Source: Mobula hypostoma
Lineage: Eukaryota
Assembly: GCF_963921235.1 (NCBI RefSeq)
Contig: NC_086109.1
Location: 6,574,001-6,638,000, forward strand
DNA length: 64,000 bases
Direction: 5' to 3'
This document shows, piece by piece, positions 10,285-23,319 of the stretch; within the stretch, counting starts at the first letter, position 1, and each line of letters begins with the position of its first letter. Both the position numbers and the translations under genes were made by a program. The notes beneath the pieces were generated by a model, which was given only the letters and a program-made list of their open reading frames with translations, was not told the DNA's origin and searched no databases.

Positions 10285-12384
10285 CAATGCCTATAAAAAG
10301 TATTCACCTCCCTTGGAAATTTTCATGTTTTGTTGTTTTACAACATTAAATCACAGTGGATTTAATTAGGCTTTTTTTGACACTGATCAACAGAAAAAGA
10401 CTCTTTCATGTCAAAGTGAAAACAGATCTCTACACAAAACAATTGAATGGATAAATATTCATCCCCCCACTTTAATATGACACACCAAATCATCACTGGT
10501 GCAGCCAATTGGTTTTAGAAGTCACATAATTAGTTACAAGGGGTGATTGATAAGTTCGTGACCTAAGGTAGAAGGAGTCAATTTTAGAAAACCTAGCACA
10601 TTTATTTTTCAACATAGCCCCCTCCTACATGTACACACTTAGTCCAGCGGTCGTGGAGCATATGGATCCCTTCTTTGTAGAAGTGGGCCACAGCAGGGGT
10701 GATTGATAAGTTCATAGCCTAAGGTAGACGGAGATGAGTTATTAACTTCAAACTTTCTGCATTATCACTCAAAGAGTTGAACTGCACGTGCATGTAACGA
10801 GAGCGTCTTGGACCTCCAGGTGGTCCAAGGTAGAAGGAGATGAGTTATACTGCTTTCGTTACATGTAAGTGTAGTTCAACTCTGAGTGAAAATGCAGAAA
10901 GTTTGAAGTTAATAACTCATCTCCTCCTACTTTAGGCCACAAACTTATCAATCACCCCTGCTGAGGACCACTTTCTGGAGGTCCAAGACGCCGACTTCTA
11001 CAAAGAAGGGATCCGTATGCTCCACGACCACTGGACTAACTGTGTAAATGTAGGAAAAATAAATGTGCTAGGTTTTCTAAAATTGGCTCCTTCTTCCTTA
11101 GGCCACAAACTTATCAATCACCCCTCGTAAATGGAGATCTGTTTTTGGAGACCTGTGTGCAGTCAAGGTGTTTCACATGATCGTAGTAAAAATACACCTG
11201 TATCTGGAAGGTACATCTGCTGGTGAGTCAGTATCCTGGCTGGCAAAAACTACACATGAAGATAAAAGAACACTCCAAGCAACTCTGCAAAAAGGTTATT
11301 TTCATGAGAAGAGGGAAAACATTGTATCATTTTTTAATGCATGCATTTCTAAATGGCAATAAACGAGGACTGAATGTTCTCATAATCTAATTTAATCCAA
11401 TTGAAAACCACAAGTCAGGTGATGGATACAAAAAAATTTCCAAGTCACTGAATAACCCTTGGAGTAGTTAAGTCAATCAAGAAGAAATGGAAAGAATATG
11501 GCAGAGCTGTAAATCTGCCTTGAGCAGACCATCCTCAAAAACTGGGTGAAGAACGGGACTAGTGAGGGAAGCCACCAAGAGACCTATGACAAGTTAGGAA
11601 GAGTACAAGACTCTGAAATTGGCTGAAGATGGTTCTATGGTCCGATGAAACCAAAATTGAGCTTTTTGGTCATCAGACTAAACGCTATGTTTGGAGTAAG
11701 CCAAATACCACACATCATCAAAAACACACCATCTCTACCGTGAAGCATGGTGGTGGCTGCATCATTCTGCAGGGATGCTTCACTGCAGCAGGCCCTGGAA
11801 GGCTTGTGAAGGTAGAGGATAAAATGAATGCAGCAAAATACAGGGAAATACTGAGAACTGCAACTTGGGAGATTTGTTTTCCAGCATGAAAATGAAGCCA
11901 AAGTTTCACAGGAAATGGCTTAAAAGCAACAAACTTAATGTCTTGGAGTGGCCAAGTCAGAGTCCAGACCTCAATCCAATGGAGAATTTGTGGCTGGATT
12001 TGAAAAGGGCTGTTCTCTCACGATCCCCATGCAATCTGACAGGGCTTGAGCAATTTTGTAAAGAATGGAAAAAAAATTTGCAGTGTCCAGATGTGCAAAG
12101 CTGACAGAGACCTATCCACACAGACTCAATGCTGTAACTGCTTCAAAGATCCATCTACTAAATACTGACTTGAAGGAGGTGAATACTTATGCAATCAATT
12201 ATTTTGTGTTTTATAATTTAATTAATTTAGATCACTTTGTAGACGTTTTCACTCTGACACAAAAGAGGCTTTTTCTGTTGATCTGTGTCAAAAAAAAGCT
12301 AAATTAAATCCACTGTGATTCAATGTTGTAAAACAATAAAACATGAAAACTTCCAATGGGTATGAATACTTTTTATAGGCACTG
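10285..12384 (+). mobile_element. Decayed Tc1 DNA transposon with long TIRs
   Basis: TA-flanked CAATGCCTATAAAAAGTATTCA...TGAATACTTTTTATAGGCACTG; transposase remnants VLWSDETKIELFG, TVKHGGG and [18 protein letters not shown]. Confidence 0.9.
10537..11127. mobile_element. Palindromic mariner-derived MITE nested in Tc1
   Basis: TA TSD; TIR C(A/G)AGGGGTGATTGATAAGTT; inverted copies of a mariner transposase C-terminus (FYKEGIRMLHD.WT.CVNVGG). Confidence 0.85.
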
Positions 12385-12399
12385 TATATATTAAATAAA

Positions 12400-13800
12400 T
12401 AAGTAGTGTAAAAATAAAAATATATAGTGAGGTAGTGCTCATGGATATCCAGTCAAAAATTGGATGGCAGAGGGGAAGAAGCTGTTCCTTAACTGTTGAG
12501 TGTGTGCCTTCAGGCTCTTGTAATGCCTCCCTGATGATAGCAATGAAAACAGGGCATGTTCTAGATGGGGGTCCCCTTTTTGAGGCATTGTTCCTTGAAG
12601 ATGCTATGGAGGTTAGTGCCCATGATGTAGATAAGTTTACAACTCTCTGCAGCTTATTTCAATCCTATGCAGTAGCCCTTCTCCCCACCCCATATCAGAT
12701 GGTGATGCCACCAGTTAGAATGCTCTCCATGGTACATCTGTCGAAATTTGCGAGTGTCTTTGGTGACATTCCAAATCTTCTCAAACTCATAATGAAATAT
12801 AGCCATTGTTGTGCCTTCTTTGTAGCTGTATTAATATGTTGGGTCCTGGATAGTTCCTCAGAGGTGTTGACACCCATAAACTTGAAATTACTATTTCCAC
12901 TTCTGATCCCCCTATGAGGACTGGTGTGTGTTCCCTTGTCTTACCCTTTCTGAAGTCCACAATCAGCTCTTTGGTTAGATAATCAAGAGTTCATCTTTAG
13001 CATATAAGAGGTCCATTGAAGAGTCTCATAACAGCAGGGTAGATGCTGTCCTTGAACTTGGTGGTAGGTGCTCCCAGACTATTATGTCTTCTGCCCGATG
13101 GGAGAGGAGAAATAATGCTGATGTCTTTAACCTTTACAAAATAAATAAATGCTGCAATAAAAAGAAATAATAAGGTAGTATTCATAGATTAATGGACTGT
13201 TCAGAAATCTGATGGTAGAATTCTGAATCATTGTATGTGGGTCTTCTAATGGCTGTCCTGGGTGATGAGGTCCTTAATAAGGATTGGAGTTTTGTGTGTG
13301 AGTTGGGGTGTGGGAAAAGGGCTTTTTTCTTCTGTTGTTATTTGTGTTGTCTGCTGAACATTGTGGGCATGCAATGTTGTTGTCAGAACACTTGTAGGCT
13401 GCCCCCAAGTTGTACTGGCTGTTAACAGAAACGATGTATTTCACTGTATGTTCAATGTACATTTACATGTGATAGATAAATAAATTTGAATCTGATCTGG
13501 ATGCCACCTTCTTGAAGCACTGCCTCTTGAAGATGTCCTTGATGGTGGGGAGAATTTCACCTGTGATGGAGCTGGCTGAGTCAACAAAGCTCTGCAGCCT
13601 CTTGTGATCCTGTGCATTGGCTTCCACACCAGGCCATGATACAGTCAGATAAATGCTCTCCATTGTACCTCTGAAGAATTTGTTAGAGCATTTGGTGACA
13701 TACCAAATCTCCTCAAACACCTTATAAAGTACAGCTGCTGCCATATCTTTTTTGTGATTGCATTTTCTTCATGACAGTGTGTAAAGCTTTACTTGGGAGT
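12400..13800 (-). mobile_element. Cluster of Rex1/Babar 3' fragments
   Basis: KKAQQWLYFIMSLRRFGMSPKTLANF..ESILTG and related peptides. Confidence 0.7.
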
Positions 13801-13913
13801 ATTTTTATTGAGCATTGTAGTTCGTTACATGAGTCATATTGTTGCAAGATTTTCATCTCAATTATGTCTCTTCCTGAGATTTTAATCTTGTAGATCATCA
13901 ACAAAGTCATATA

Positions 13914-14812
13914 CACTCAGTGGCCACTTGATTAGGCACACCTGCTCTTTAATGCAAATATCTAATCAGCCAATCACATGACAACAACTCAATGCATAAA
14001 AGCTTTCAAACACGATCAACAAGTTCAGTTCAGACCAAACAATGGGGAAGAAATGTGATCTAAGTGACTTTGAATGTGGAATGATTGTTGGTGCCAGATG
14101 GAGTGGTTTGCATATCTCAGAAACTATTGATCTCCTGGGATTTTCACACACTACAGTTGCTAGAGTTTACAGAGAATGGTGTAAAAAAAAATCCAAGGAG
14201 TGGCAGTTCTGTGGCAAAAATGTCTTTATAATGAAAGAAGTCAGGCAAGACTGGTTAGTCATCGTCATATTTTATTGATCCCCGGGGAAATTGGTTTTTG
14301 TTACAGTTGCACCATAAATAGTAATAAAACCATAAATAATTAAATAGTAATATGTAAATTATGCCAGGAAATAAGTCCAGGACCAGCCTATCGGCTCAGG
14401 GTGTCTGACCCTCCAAGGGAGGAGTTGTAAAGTTTGATGGCCACAGGCAGGAATGACTTCCTATGACGCTCTGTGTTGCATCTCAGTGGAATGAGTCTCT
14501 GGTTGAATGTACTCCTGTGCCCACCCAGTACATTATGTAGTGGATGGGAGACATTGTCCAAGATGGCATGCAACTTGGACAGCATCCTCTTTTCAGACAC
14601 CACTGTCAGAGAGTCCAGTTCCATCCACACAACATCACTGGTTCAAGGTGACAGTAACCCAGATAACCATGTGTTATAACAGTGGTGTGCAGAAGAGCAT
14701 CTCTGAATGCACAATGCATCAGACCTTGAAGTGGATGGGCTTCAGCAGCATTAGTCCATGAACATACACTCAGTGGCCACTTTATTAGGTAGAGGAGGTA
14801 CCTTTACCTAAT
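13914..14812 (+). mobile_element. Non-autonomous Tc1 derivative, interrupted by a Rex1 3' end at 14257-14636
   Basis: TIR CACTCAGTGGCCAC; N-terminal remnant MGKKCDLSDFECGMIVGAR; ACTGGTT flanks the inserted LINE piece. Confidence 0.75.
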
Positions 14813-15024
14813 AAGAAATTGTGTAATCCATAAATTTACAACCTGTGCAAAATAACAAATGGGAATGTATTCATAATTTAGAAATATCTACTCATGAGTG
14901 TCTTGGTAAGGTTAATTAATTTATTCTTTTTCCATTAAGAATATATCATTTCACATTAGTTTTTAATTGATGTTGAATTTATCTGTCCAAATTAACCTAC
15001 ATATTGAATTTGTTTTATTTGTAG

Positions 15025-15142
15025 TCCTGGTACATATGACCTCAACACACCAAGAAACAGACATGTTACGTGGCCAATGAAGTTTGATGCTCCGGACTGG
15101 AGTTTAGTTGCTGCTCCTAAAAAGCGCACCTTACGGATTGAG
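15025..15142 (+). CDS. PIFO: Pitchfork/CIMAP3 coding exon (118 nt, phase 2 to 0)
   Basis: tttgtag|T...GAG|gtatgg; PGTYDLNTPRNRHVTWPMKFDAPDWSLVAAPKKRTLRIE matches the recalled PIFO WPMKFGSPDW...KRTLKAE. Confidence 0.92.
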
Positions 15143-15446
15143 GTATGGCTATTAGACTGATAGGGGCCAAATCTGTTAAACAGCTCCCAGTGCTGCCAGT
15201 TCAGGATATCATTTAAAAAAACACAGCTGCAGTGCTGTTTTGTCTGCTCTTGCTGTTGCTTGTGTTGTCCTGCTGCTGAACACTGCGGGCATGCTATATT
15301 GGCACTGGGGATGTTGGCCTGGGCAAGGACAGATATTAGTTTGATGACTCTTCCAGTGAAGTTAAAGGATAGAAATAATATCAGCAAACAACAGTTCTTT
15401 CAGCAGTGGAGAGAAAAACAAATATATCTTTTTTTTTTACTTTTAG

Positions 15447-15515
15447 CTTGCTGGTGACAAGGAATTCCGAAAACACAGAAATAGAGTGGCATATTTCAGC
15501 TTATACCACACTTGA
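15447..15515 (+). CDS. PIFO: Pitchfork/CIMAP3 last coding exon
   Basis: Polypyrimidine tract + ttttag|CTT; LAGDKEFRKHRNRVAYFSLYHT-stop matches the recalled PIFO C-terminus LSTDKDFRKHRNRVAYLSLYYN. Confidence 0.93.
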   Translation, partial: LAGDKEFRKHRNRVAYFSLYHT

Positions 15516-15658
15516 CGATGTCAAAGACTGGATGTTAATACAACTGTCATGAATTATCATTCACTACACCATCATTTGTACCATTTGTGGATCACAGAAT
15601 GGTCTTTTATAATGTTGTCCACAACATAATGAGATTATTTGTCAGTGTAATAGATCTC

Positions 15659-15664
15659 ATTAAA
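15659..15664 (+). promoter_or_regulatory. Candidate PIFO polyadenylation signal (ATTAAA)
   Basis: ATTAAA about 145 nt after the PIFO stop codon and before repeats resume. Confidence 0.35.
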
Positions 15665-16453
15665 CAAATACAACTTAGTGAATGTTATCTTTCATAGTTA
15701 GTAAACAGTTCACTGTGTCAATTGCAAACTGCCTGAAATATCTCAGAATAATCAGTAAAAATGTCCTACTGGATCTCATTGAAACCTATCAAATATTTAA
15801 AGACCTCGATCGAGTTGACATGGAGAGGAAGCTTCCTGTAGTGAGGGAATCTAGGACCAGAGAGCACAACCTCAGAATAGAAGGATGTCCTTTTAGAGCA
15901 GAAATGAGGAGGAACTTCTTTAGCCAGAGTGGTGAATCTGTGGAATTCATTGCCACAGATGGCTGTGAAGGCAAAGTCATTGGGTATACTTAAAGCAGCG
16001 GTTGACTATCGATTAGTAAGGGTGTCAAAGGTTATAGGGAGAAGGCAGGAGAAATTACTAACATGGCAGGGGGATGGGAACCAGTATGACAGAGCTGAGG
16101 ATGAGGGAGTTTACAAGTAGATGATGGGTGTAACATGAATGTAAAGAAAGACAAGCCAATGATTGGTTACAAATGCAGAAAGAGCAAAGAGTTAAATTGT
16201 ACCACAGACACAAAATTCAAAAGGGCGATAATTTTTACTGATTATCCTGAGATATTTCAGGATATAAGGTGATGTAGTTAAACACGTGTAACATTCAAAA
16301 TAAAGTGGATGAAACCATGGCGTAATTAAAGATTGGTCGATATGACGGACAGGCAGGAAGGCATAGGCAGGTAAGAGATGGAATTACACCTTTAGATAGA
16401 GGTGACATAGGGTCAAAGAATGTCGAATCTTTGTGGGTGGAGTTAAGAAACTA

Positions 16454-16748
16454 AGTAAAGTAAAGGCATCCATTAGTCTTGCGAGACCATGGATCTGAGC
16501 CTGGAAAGTCTTCTCTCTCCAGGGCGCAGGCCTGGGCAAGGTTGTATGGAAGACCGGCAGTTGCCCATGCTGCAAGTCTCCCCTCTCCACGACATTGATG
16601 ATGTCCAAGGGAAAGGCATTAGGACCCATACAGCTTGGCACCAGTGTCGTCGCAGAGCAATGTGTGATTAAGTGCCTTGCTCAAGGACACAACACGCTGC
16701 CTCGACCTTCAGGTCGCTAGTCCAATGCCTTAGCCACTTGGCCACACT
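16454..16748 (-). mobile_element. SINE with (TTTAC)n tail inserted in a CR1 endonuclease region
   Basis: 13-bp TSD AGTTAAGAAACTA at 16441-16453 and 16749-16761. Confidence 0.7.
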
Positions 16749-17307
16749 AGTTAAGAAACTACAAGGGTGAAAAAACCATTATGAGAGTCATATATAGGCC
16801 TCCAAATAGTAGCCAAGATGTGAGATTGAGATTGCAAAGGGAGCTGGAAAAGGTATGTAATCATGGTAATGTCACAATTGTTATGGGGGACTTCATGGGA
16901 AAATCAGGTTGGTATTGGATTGCAAGAGAGGAAATTTGTTGAATGCCTACGAGATGGCTTTTTGGAGCAGCTTATGCTGGAGCCTACTTGGGAAAAGGCT
17001 ATCTTAAATTGGGTGTTGTGTAATAACCCAGATCTGAATAGGGAGCTTAAAGTAAAGGAGCCCTTAGGAGATGGTGCTCAAAATATGGTTGAATTATGCT
17101 GCAATTTGAGGGAGAAGAAGTCGTCACATGTATCAGTAGTGCAGTGAAATAAAGGGAATTACAGAGGTATGAGAGGAGCTTGCTCAGGTGGATTGGAGGA
17201 GGATACTAGTGGGGATGATGACAGAGCAAAGATGGATGAAGCTCCTGGAAATAGTTCACAAAGCGCAGGATAGATAAGTCCCACAGAAGAAGTTGTTCTC
17301 AAATGGC

Positions 17308-19839
17308 CAATAGTCAACGAGAATTAGAAGAGCAAATCTGCAGAGAGATAGCAGGCAATTGCAGGAAACATAAAATTGTGGTGGTAGGGGATTTTAATTT
17401 TCCATATATTGATTGGGTCCTCCCATACTGTTAGGGGTCTAGAAGGTTTAGAGTTTGTAAAATGTGTTCAGGAAAGTTTTCTAAATCAATATATAGAGGG
17501 ACCAACTGGAGAGGATGCAATATTGGATCTCCTGTTAGGAAATGAGTTAGGACAAGTGACAGAAGTCTGTGTAGGGCAGCACTTTGGTTCCAGTGATCAT
17601 AACACCATTAGTTTCAACTTGATCATGGACAAGGATAGATCTGGTCCTAGGGTTGAGGTTCTTAACTGGAAGAAGGCCAAATTTGAAGAAATGAGAAAGG
17701 ATCTAAAAAGCGTGGATTGGGACAGGTTGTTCTCTGGCAAGGATGTGATCGGTAGGTGGGAAGCCTTCAAAAGAGAAATTTTGAGAGTGCAGAATTTGTA
17801 TGTTCCTGTCAGGATTAAAGGCAAAGTGAATAGGAATAAGGAACCCTGGTTCTCAAGGGATACTGCAACTCTGATAAAGAAGAAGAGGGAGTTGTATGAC
17901 ACGTATAGGAAGCAGGGAGTAAATAAGGTGCTTGAGGAGTATAAGAACTGCAAGAAAATACTTAAGAAAGAAATCAGGAGGGCTAAAAGAAGACATGAGG
18001 TTGCCTTAGCAGTCAAAGTGAAGGATAATCCAAAGAGCTTTTACAGGTATATTGAGAGCAAAAGGATTGTAAGGGATAAAATTGGTTCTCTTGAAGATCA
18101 GAGTGGTCGGCTATGTGCGGAACCAAAGGAAATGGGGGAGATCTTAAATAAGTTTTTGTGTCTGTATTTACTAAAGAAACTGGCATGAAGTCTATGGAAT
18201 TAAGGGAAACAAGTAGTGAGATCATGGAAACTGTACAGATTGATAAGGAGGAGGTCCTTGCTGTCTTGAGGAAAATTAAAGTGGATAAATCCCCGGGACC
18301 TGACAGGGTGTTCCCTCGGACCTTGAAGGAGACTAGTGTTGAAATTGCAGGGGCCCTGGCAGAAATATTTAAAATGTCGCTGTCTACAGGTGAGGTGCTG
18401 GAGGATTGGAGAGTGGCTCATGTTGTTCCGTTGTTTAAAAAAAGGATCGAAAAGTAATCTGGGAAATTATAGGCCAGTAAGTTTAACGTCGGTAGTAGGT
18501 AAGTTATCGGAGGGAGTACTAAGAGACAGAATCTACAAGCATTTGGATAGACAGGGACTTATTAGGGAGAGTCAACATGGCTTTGTGCGTGGTAGGTCAT
18601 GTTTGACCAATCTATTGGAGTTTTTCGAGGAGGTTACCAGGAAAGTGGATGAAGGGAAGGCAGTGGATATTGTCTACATTGACTTCAGTAATGCCTTTGA
18701 CATGGTCCCACATGGGAGGTTAGGAAAATTCAGTCGCTAGGTATAGATGGAGAGGTGGTACATTGGATTAGACATTGGCTCAATGGAAGAAGCCAAAGAG
18801 TGGTAGTACAGAATTGCTTCTCTGAGTGGAGGCCTGTGACTAGTGGTGTGCCACAGGGATCAGTGCTGGGTCCATTGTTATTTGTCATCTATATCAATGA
18901 TCTGGATGATAACGTGGTAAATTGGATCAGCAAATTTGCTGATGATACAAAGATTGGAGGTGTAGTAGACAGTGAGGAAGGTTTTCAGAGCCTGCAGAGG
19001 GACTTGGACCAGCTGGAAAAATGGGCTGAAAAATGGCAGATGGAGTTTAATACAGACAAGTGTGAAGTATTGCATGTGGGAAGGACAAACCAAGGTAGAA
19101 CATACAGGGTTAATGGTAAGGCACTGAGGAGTGCAGTGGAACAGAGGGATCTGGGAATACAGATACAAAATTCCCTAAAAGTGGTGTCACAGGTAGATAG
19201 GGTCATAAAGAGAGCTTTTGGTACATTGGCCTTTATTAATCAAAGTATTGAGTATAAGAGCTGGAATGTTATGATGAGGTTGTATAAGGCATTGGTGAGG
19301 CCGAATCTGGAGTATTGTGTTCAGTTTTGGTCACCAAATTACAGGAAGGATATAAATAAGGTTGAAAGAGTGCAGAGAAGGTTTACAAGGATGTTGCCGG
19401 GGCTTGAGAAACTCAGTTACAGAGAAAGGTTGAATAGGTTAGGACTTTATTCCCTGGAGTGTAGAAGAATGAGGGGAGATTTGATAGAGGTATATAAAAT
19501 TATGATGGGTATTGATAGAGTGAATGCAAGCAGGCTTTTTCCACTGAGGCGAGGGGAGAAAAAACCAGAGGACATGGGTTAAGGGTGAGGGGGGAAAAGT
19601 TTAAAGGGAACATTAGGGGGGGGCTCCTTCACACAGTGACTGGTGGGAGTATGGAATGAGCTGCCAGACGAGGTGGTAAATGCGGGTTCTTTTTTAACAT
19701 TTAAGAATAAATTGGACAGATACATGGATGGGAGGTGTATGGAGGGATATGGTCCGTGTGCAGGTCAGTGGGACTAGGCAGAAAATGGTTCGGCACAACC
19801 AAGAAGGGCCAAAGGGCCTGTTTCTGTGCTGTAGTTTCT
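17308..19839 (+). mobile_element. Young 5'-truncated CR1 LINE (endonuclease C-part + RT) nested in an older CR1
   Basis: GDFNFPYIDW, DLLL, SDH, NYRPVSLTSVVGK, SGVPQGSVLGPLLFVIYINDL, KFADDTK; about 3 frameshifts; ATGGC duplication at 17303-17307 and 19840-19844. Confidence 0.92.
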
Positions 19840-20230
19840 ATGGCAGGGGTAGGCAACCGTGGCTGACAAGTGAAGTTAAGGACTGCATAAAAGCCAAGGA
19901 AAAGGCTACTGGACTTCACTGGCATTTTGCAGCAGCAGTACAGTGCAAAACATAAAGATTACTATATGTTACAAACACCCTCTTCCTTCCTCATCCCTTC
20001 ACTAGGCCTTAATTAAATTACACCTTTTAAATACTGTATAGTTTGAAAAACTGTAGAATTACTTTTCTTTCCTCCACATTACCACACTCAGCATTTTAGG
20101 AACAGCTTCTTCCCATCTGCCATCAAATTTCTGAATGCTCCATAAGCCCACGGACATGACCTCATTATTCCTCTTTTGCATAATTTGCTTATTTTTGTAA
20201 CTTCTACTGCCATGAAACAATAAACCACAA

Positions 20231-20760
20231 CACTCAGTGGCCATGTTATTCGTTACTTCCTGTATCCAAAAGTGACCACTGAGTGGTGTTCTGTTGCTGT
20301 AGCCCATCCACATCAAGGTTCAACATGTGTGTTCAGTGATGCTGTTCTACACACCTTATTGTAACGTGTAGTTATTTGAGTTACTGTCACCTTCCCGTCA
20401 GCTTGAACTAGTATGGCCATTCTCTTCTGATCTCTCTCATTAACAAAGCACTTTTGCCCACAGAATTGCTGCTCACTGGATTTTTTTTTGGTTATCGCAC
20501 CATTCTCTGTAAACTCTAGAGATTGTTGTGAGTGAAAATCCTAGGAGATCAGTTTCAAAGCACCCAGTCCAGCACCAACAATCATTCCACAAAGTCACTT
20601 TTAGATCACATTTCTTCCCCATTCTGATGTTTAGTCTGAATAACAACTGAACCTCTTGACAATGTCTGCATGGTTTTATGCATTGAGTTGCTGCCTCATG
20701 TTTAGCTGATTAGGTATTTGCTTTAACAAGTGAGTGTACCTAATACAGTGGCCACTGAGT
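20231..20760 (-). mobile_element. Non-autonomous Tc1 derivative (same family as 13914-14812)
   Basis: CACTCAGTGGCCA...GTGGCCACTGAGT termini; internal homology to 13914-14812. Confidence 0.75.
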
Positions 20761-23245
20761 ATATAAATGTGATAATAAACCGGATTCTGATTAAGGAAGA
20801 ATGATTTCTGTGGCTGAATAAACACAATCCATATATTTAACTATGCTTTTGATTTTTTTTTGTGACAAGATACTCATTTCATCATGTAGGATGTCATTTA
20901 GGTCTCTGACGTCTATGCTGATTCTCAGAACATTCCGATCCATCATATTCCCCTTCTTTACAACTAGTTAATTAATTTAAATAAAACAATTACATGAAGA
21001 ACTTAACTGTATGTGAAGCGGTTTAAATCAGGTGTTATAGGAGTTCATTCTTATTTCTATCCCTCCACCCAAATTCTTTGTAATCTTATTTACATTTTAA
21101 CTTTTTAAGAGTACCATTTCTGGCAGTCCATCTTTGATGAGGATGCTTTTGTTGTTAATCTCATCAATAGCTACACAAATTACTTTTAAGTACGAAGCCT
21201 GATTGCATATTAGGTGAACGACAGGTGTGGGAAGTGTTACATTTGGTTTGATGTTATCTTGGAACCTCTTAGATGACATTGCTTGATGCTGTTGCATGCG
21301 GATTTTGTCAAGTGAGCCCTGTCCTGAAATAATTGTAGAAGGTGGCTATTCTGATGAAAGATAATTGATCTGAAAGGGTTATACTTTTCTTTCTCCACAG
21401 CTGCTACCTGACCATTTTCTGTTGCTTTATCATTTGGATTGATGCCAACTCATTGGCAATTGTTCCAAAGGAAGTCTTTGAATCACTTTTACCGATGACA
21501 CTTAGTTCTCAGGTTGCCTTAGCACACCATACAAGATAAATTTTGGGTCATGATGGTCTTCAATTCTACCGATGTACAGTGCAACTAAGTTGGATTTGAA
21601 TAGCATTTGTTAGACAAATTCTTGTGCTTGAAAATCCAATTATAAAGAGCTCACAATGATACTAAATAATACCACAAACTTATAACTTAAATCAAAATAT
21701 CCAGCAATGGGTTGAGTAAGCACCTATGTGCTTCTATGTAAATGTAACAATTATTTATTTGAAATGCAGAAAGTATACGATCCATTTTTCATAAATTTTT
21801 ACTTTATAAAACAAATGCCTAACCTGCTGTCACATACATAAAATAATCTGGTTACTGATATATATAAGATCTATTCATTAAGTAGCAAAAATTATAATAA
21901 CATTAAAAAATTCCATAACAAATAATTGGACTTGGCAACATAGAAGTCACGTAAAACCGGAGGCAATTAGTACGCATTACTTGATGCCACTCTCTTGAGC
22001 ACAACATAATTTCATTCAAATCTAGTCTATGGAAATCTCAGCACAAAAAGATTTAGTAACACTAAATATTTCAATTGCCACATACAAACATTACGACATT
22101 TTTTCTTACACACTCTCAGTGTTGAGAGTCTGTATTGTGATGATTATCCAAGCATTTCCAGGAAAGCTTTTTTTCCTGATAAATGCTTCATGGGAATTTA
22201 TTTTTTAACCTGGCTGGTGGTTGGGCATTATGAAGAATGTACTGCTGAAACAGATTATTAATTGAAGGGATACCTAATGATAATTTTTTGTGGAAATTTC
22301 ATGTAATATTAAGTGTGTGTATAGATAATTGTCGGCTATTTTGCAAGTACATGTGTGTAGTGTACACTTACATATTGGTAACCTTTAATACCACATAAAA
22401 CATCTTTTTTAATGAAGTTATTTTGTAAATTGGCTATTTCTAAAAGCATGCAATGAAAAAGTTATTCTCTTGATAATACTCTATGATTTAAATTAATTTG
22501 TTACAGAGCAGAATTTGTAACTAGACTTTAAATATAATTTAGGTCATCCATTATGGACTTGTTCTCCTGATTTCACTGTCTCCAAATCAAAATTTAAAAA
22601 TGGACAGTCAAAAATACAAAGTTCAAGTTGTAGCCAAATCAATTAACTGTTTGTAAAATGAGGGTACAAACACATTAAAATTTAGTGTACAACTCTGTAT
22701 TGAACATCTTTAATGGCATTCTCTCATATTGGCACTTTATGAGAAATAGCCTGAAGATAACTTGTGGTCAATACTGAAGGTTTAACTGGGTAAATTGTTA
22801 CGGACTGGCAGGTTGTTTCTGTTGTTTATGAAATTATGGAACAAAATTTGAAAATGTTGATTTTGTACCCAATTATTAATCAGAATAATATTGTTTTAGC
22901 CTAATTCTCCAACAAAGACATTTCGGGGAACTATCTATTGGTCTTGCTGATTTCTGTAACTGCCCTTTGATATTTGAGTACCATTTTCCTGTAACACTGT
23001 GTCAGTTTAACATTCCTGGTAAGCAGAGAAGAATCAGGTAGTAAGTGTACAAACAGCCAACAGGTTTGACATACCATTCTGCTAATGCTCAATCTCCACT
23101 CACATGTTTGAAGGCTAGTTCCAACAGTCATCAACATAGGCTAGATCTTAAAGATCATATTTCAGGTTAGGTCTTCTCTGAACAGAGGCAGATTTACCAG
23201 ATCTTCCAGGCCAATGCAAGTACAGTCTTTATTACTGCAGCATCA

Positions 23246-23319
23246 TCAGTCTGATATTGTGATAATTAGTGTCAAAACTGCTACAGACAGTTTCATTGTG
23301 AATGTAGTTGACTGTAATC
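23246..23319 (-). CDS. GH18 chitinase-like gene, probable terminal coding exon (hydrophobic tail, no CBM14)
   Basis: Pyrimidine-rich acceptor ttttttctcattctgttag; phase 1 fits the previous donor; (G)LQSTTFTMKLSVAVLTLIITISD then TGA TGA; AATAAA at 23228-23233 on the - strand. No homology support. Confidence 0.55.
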
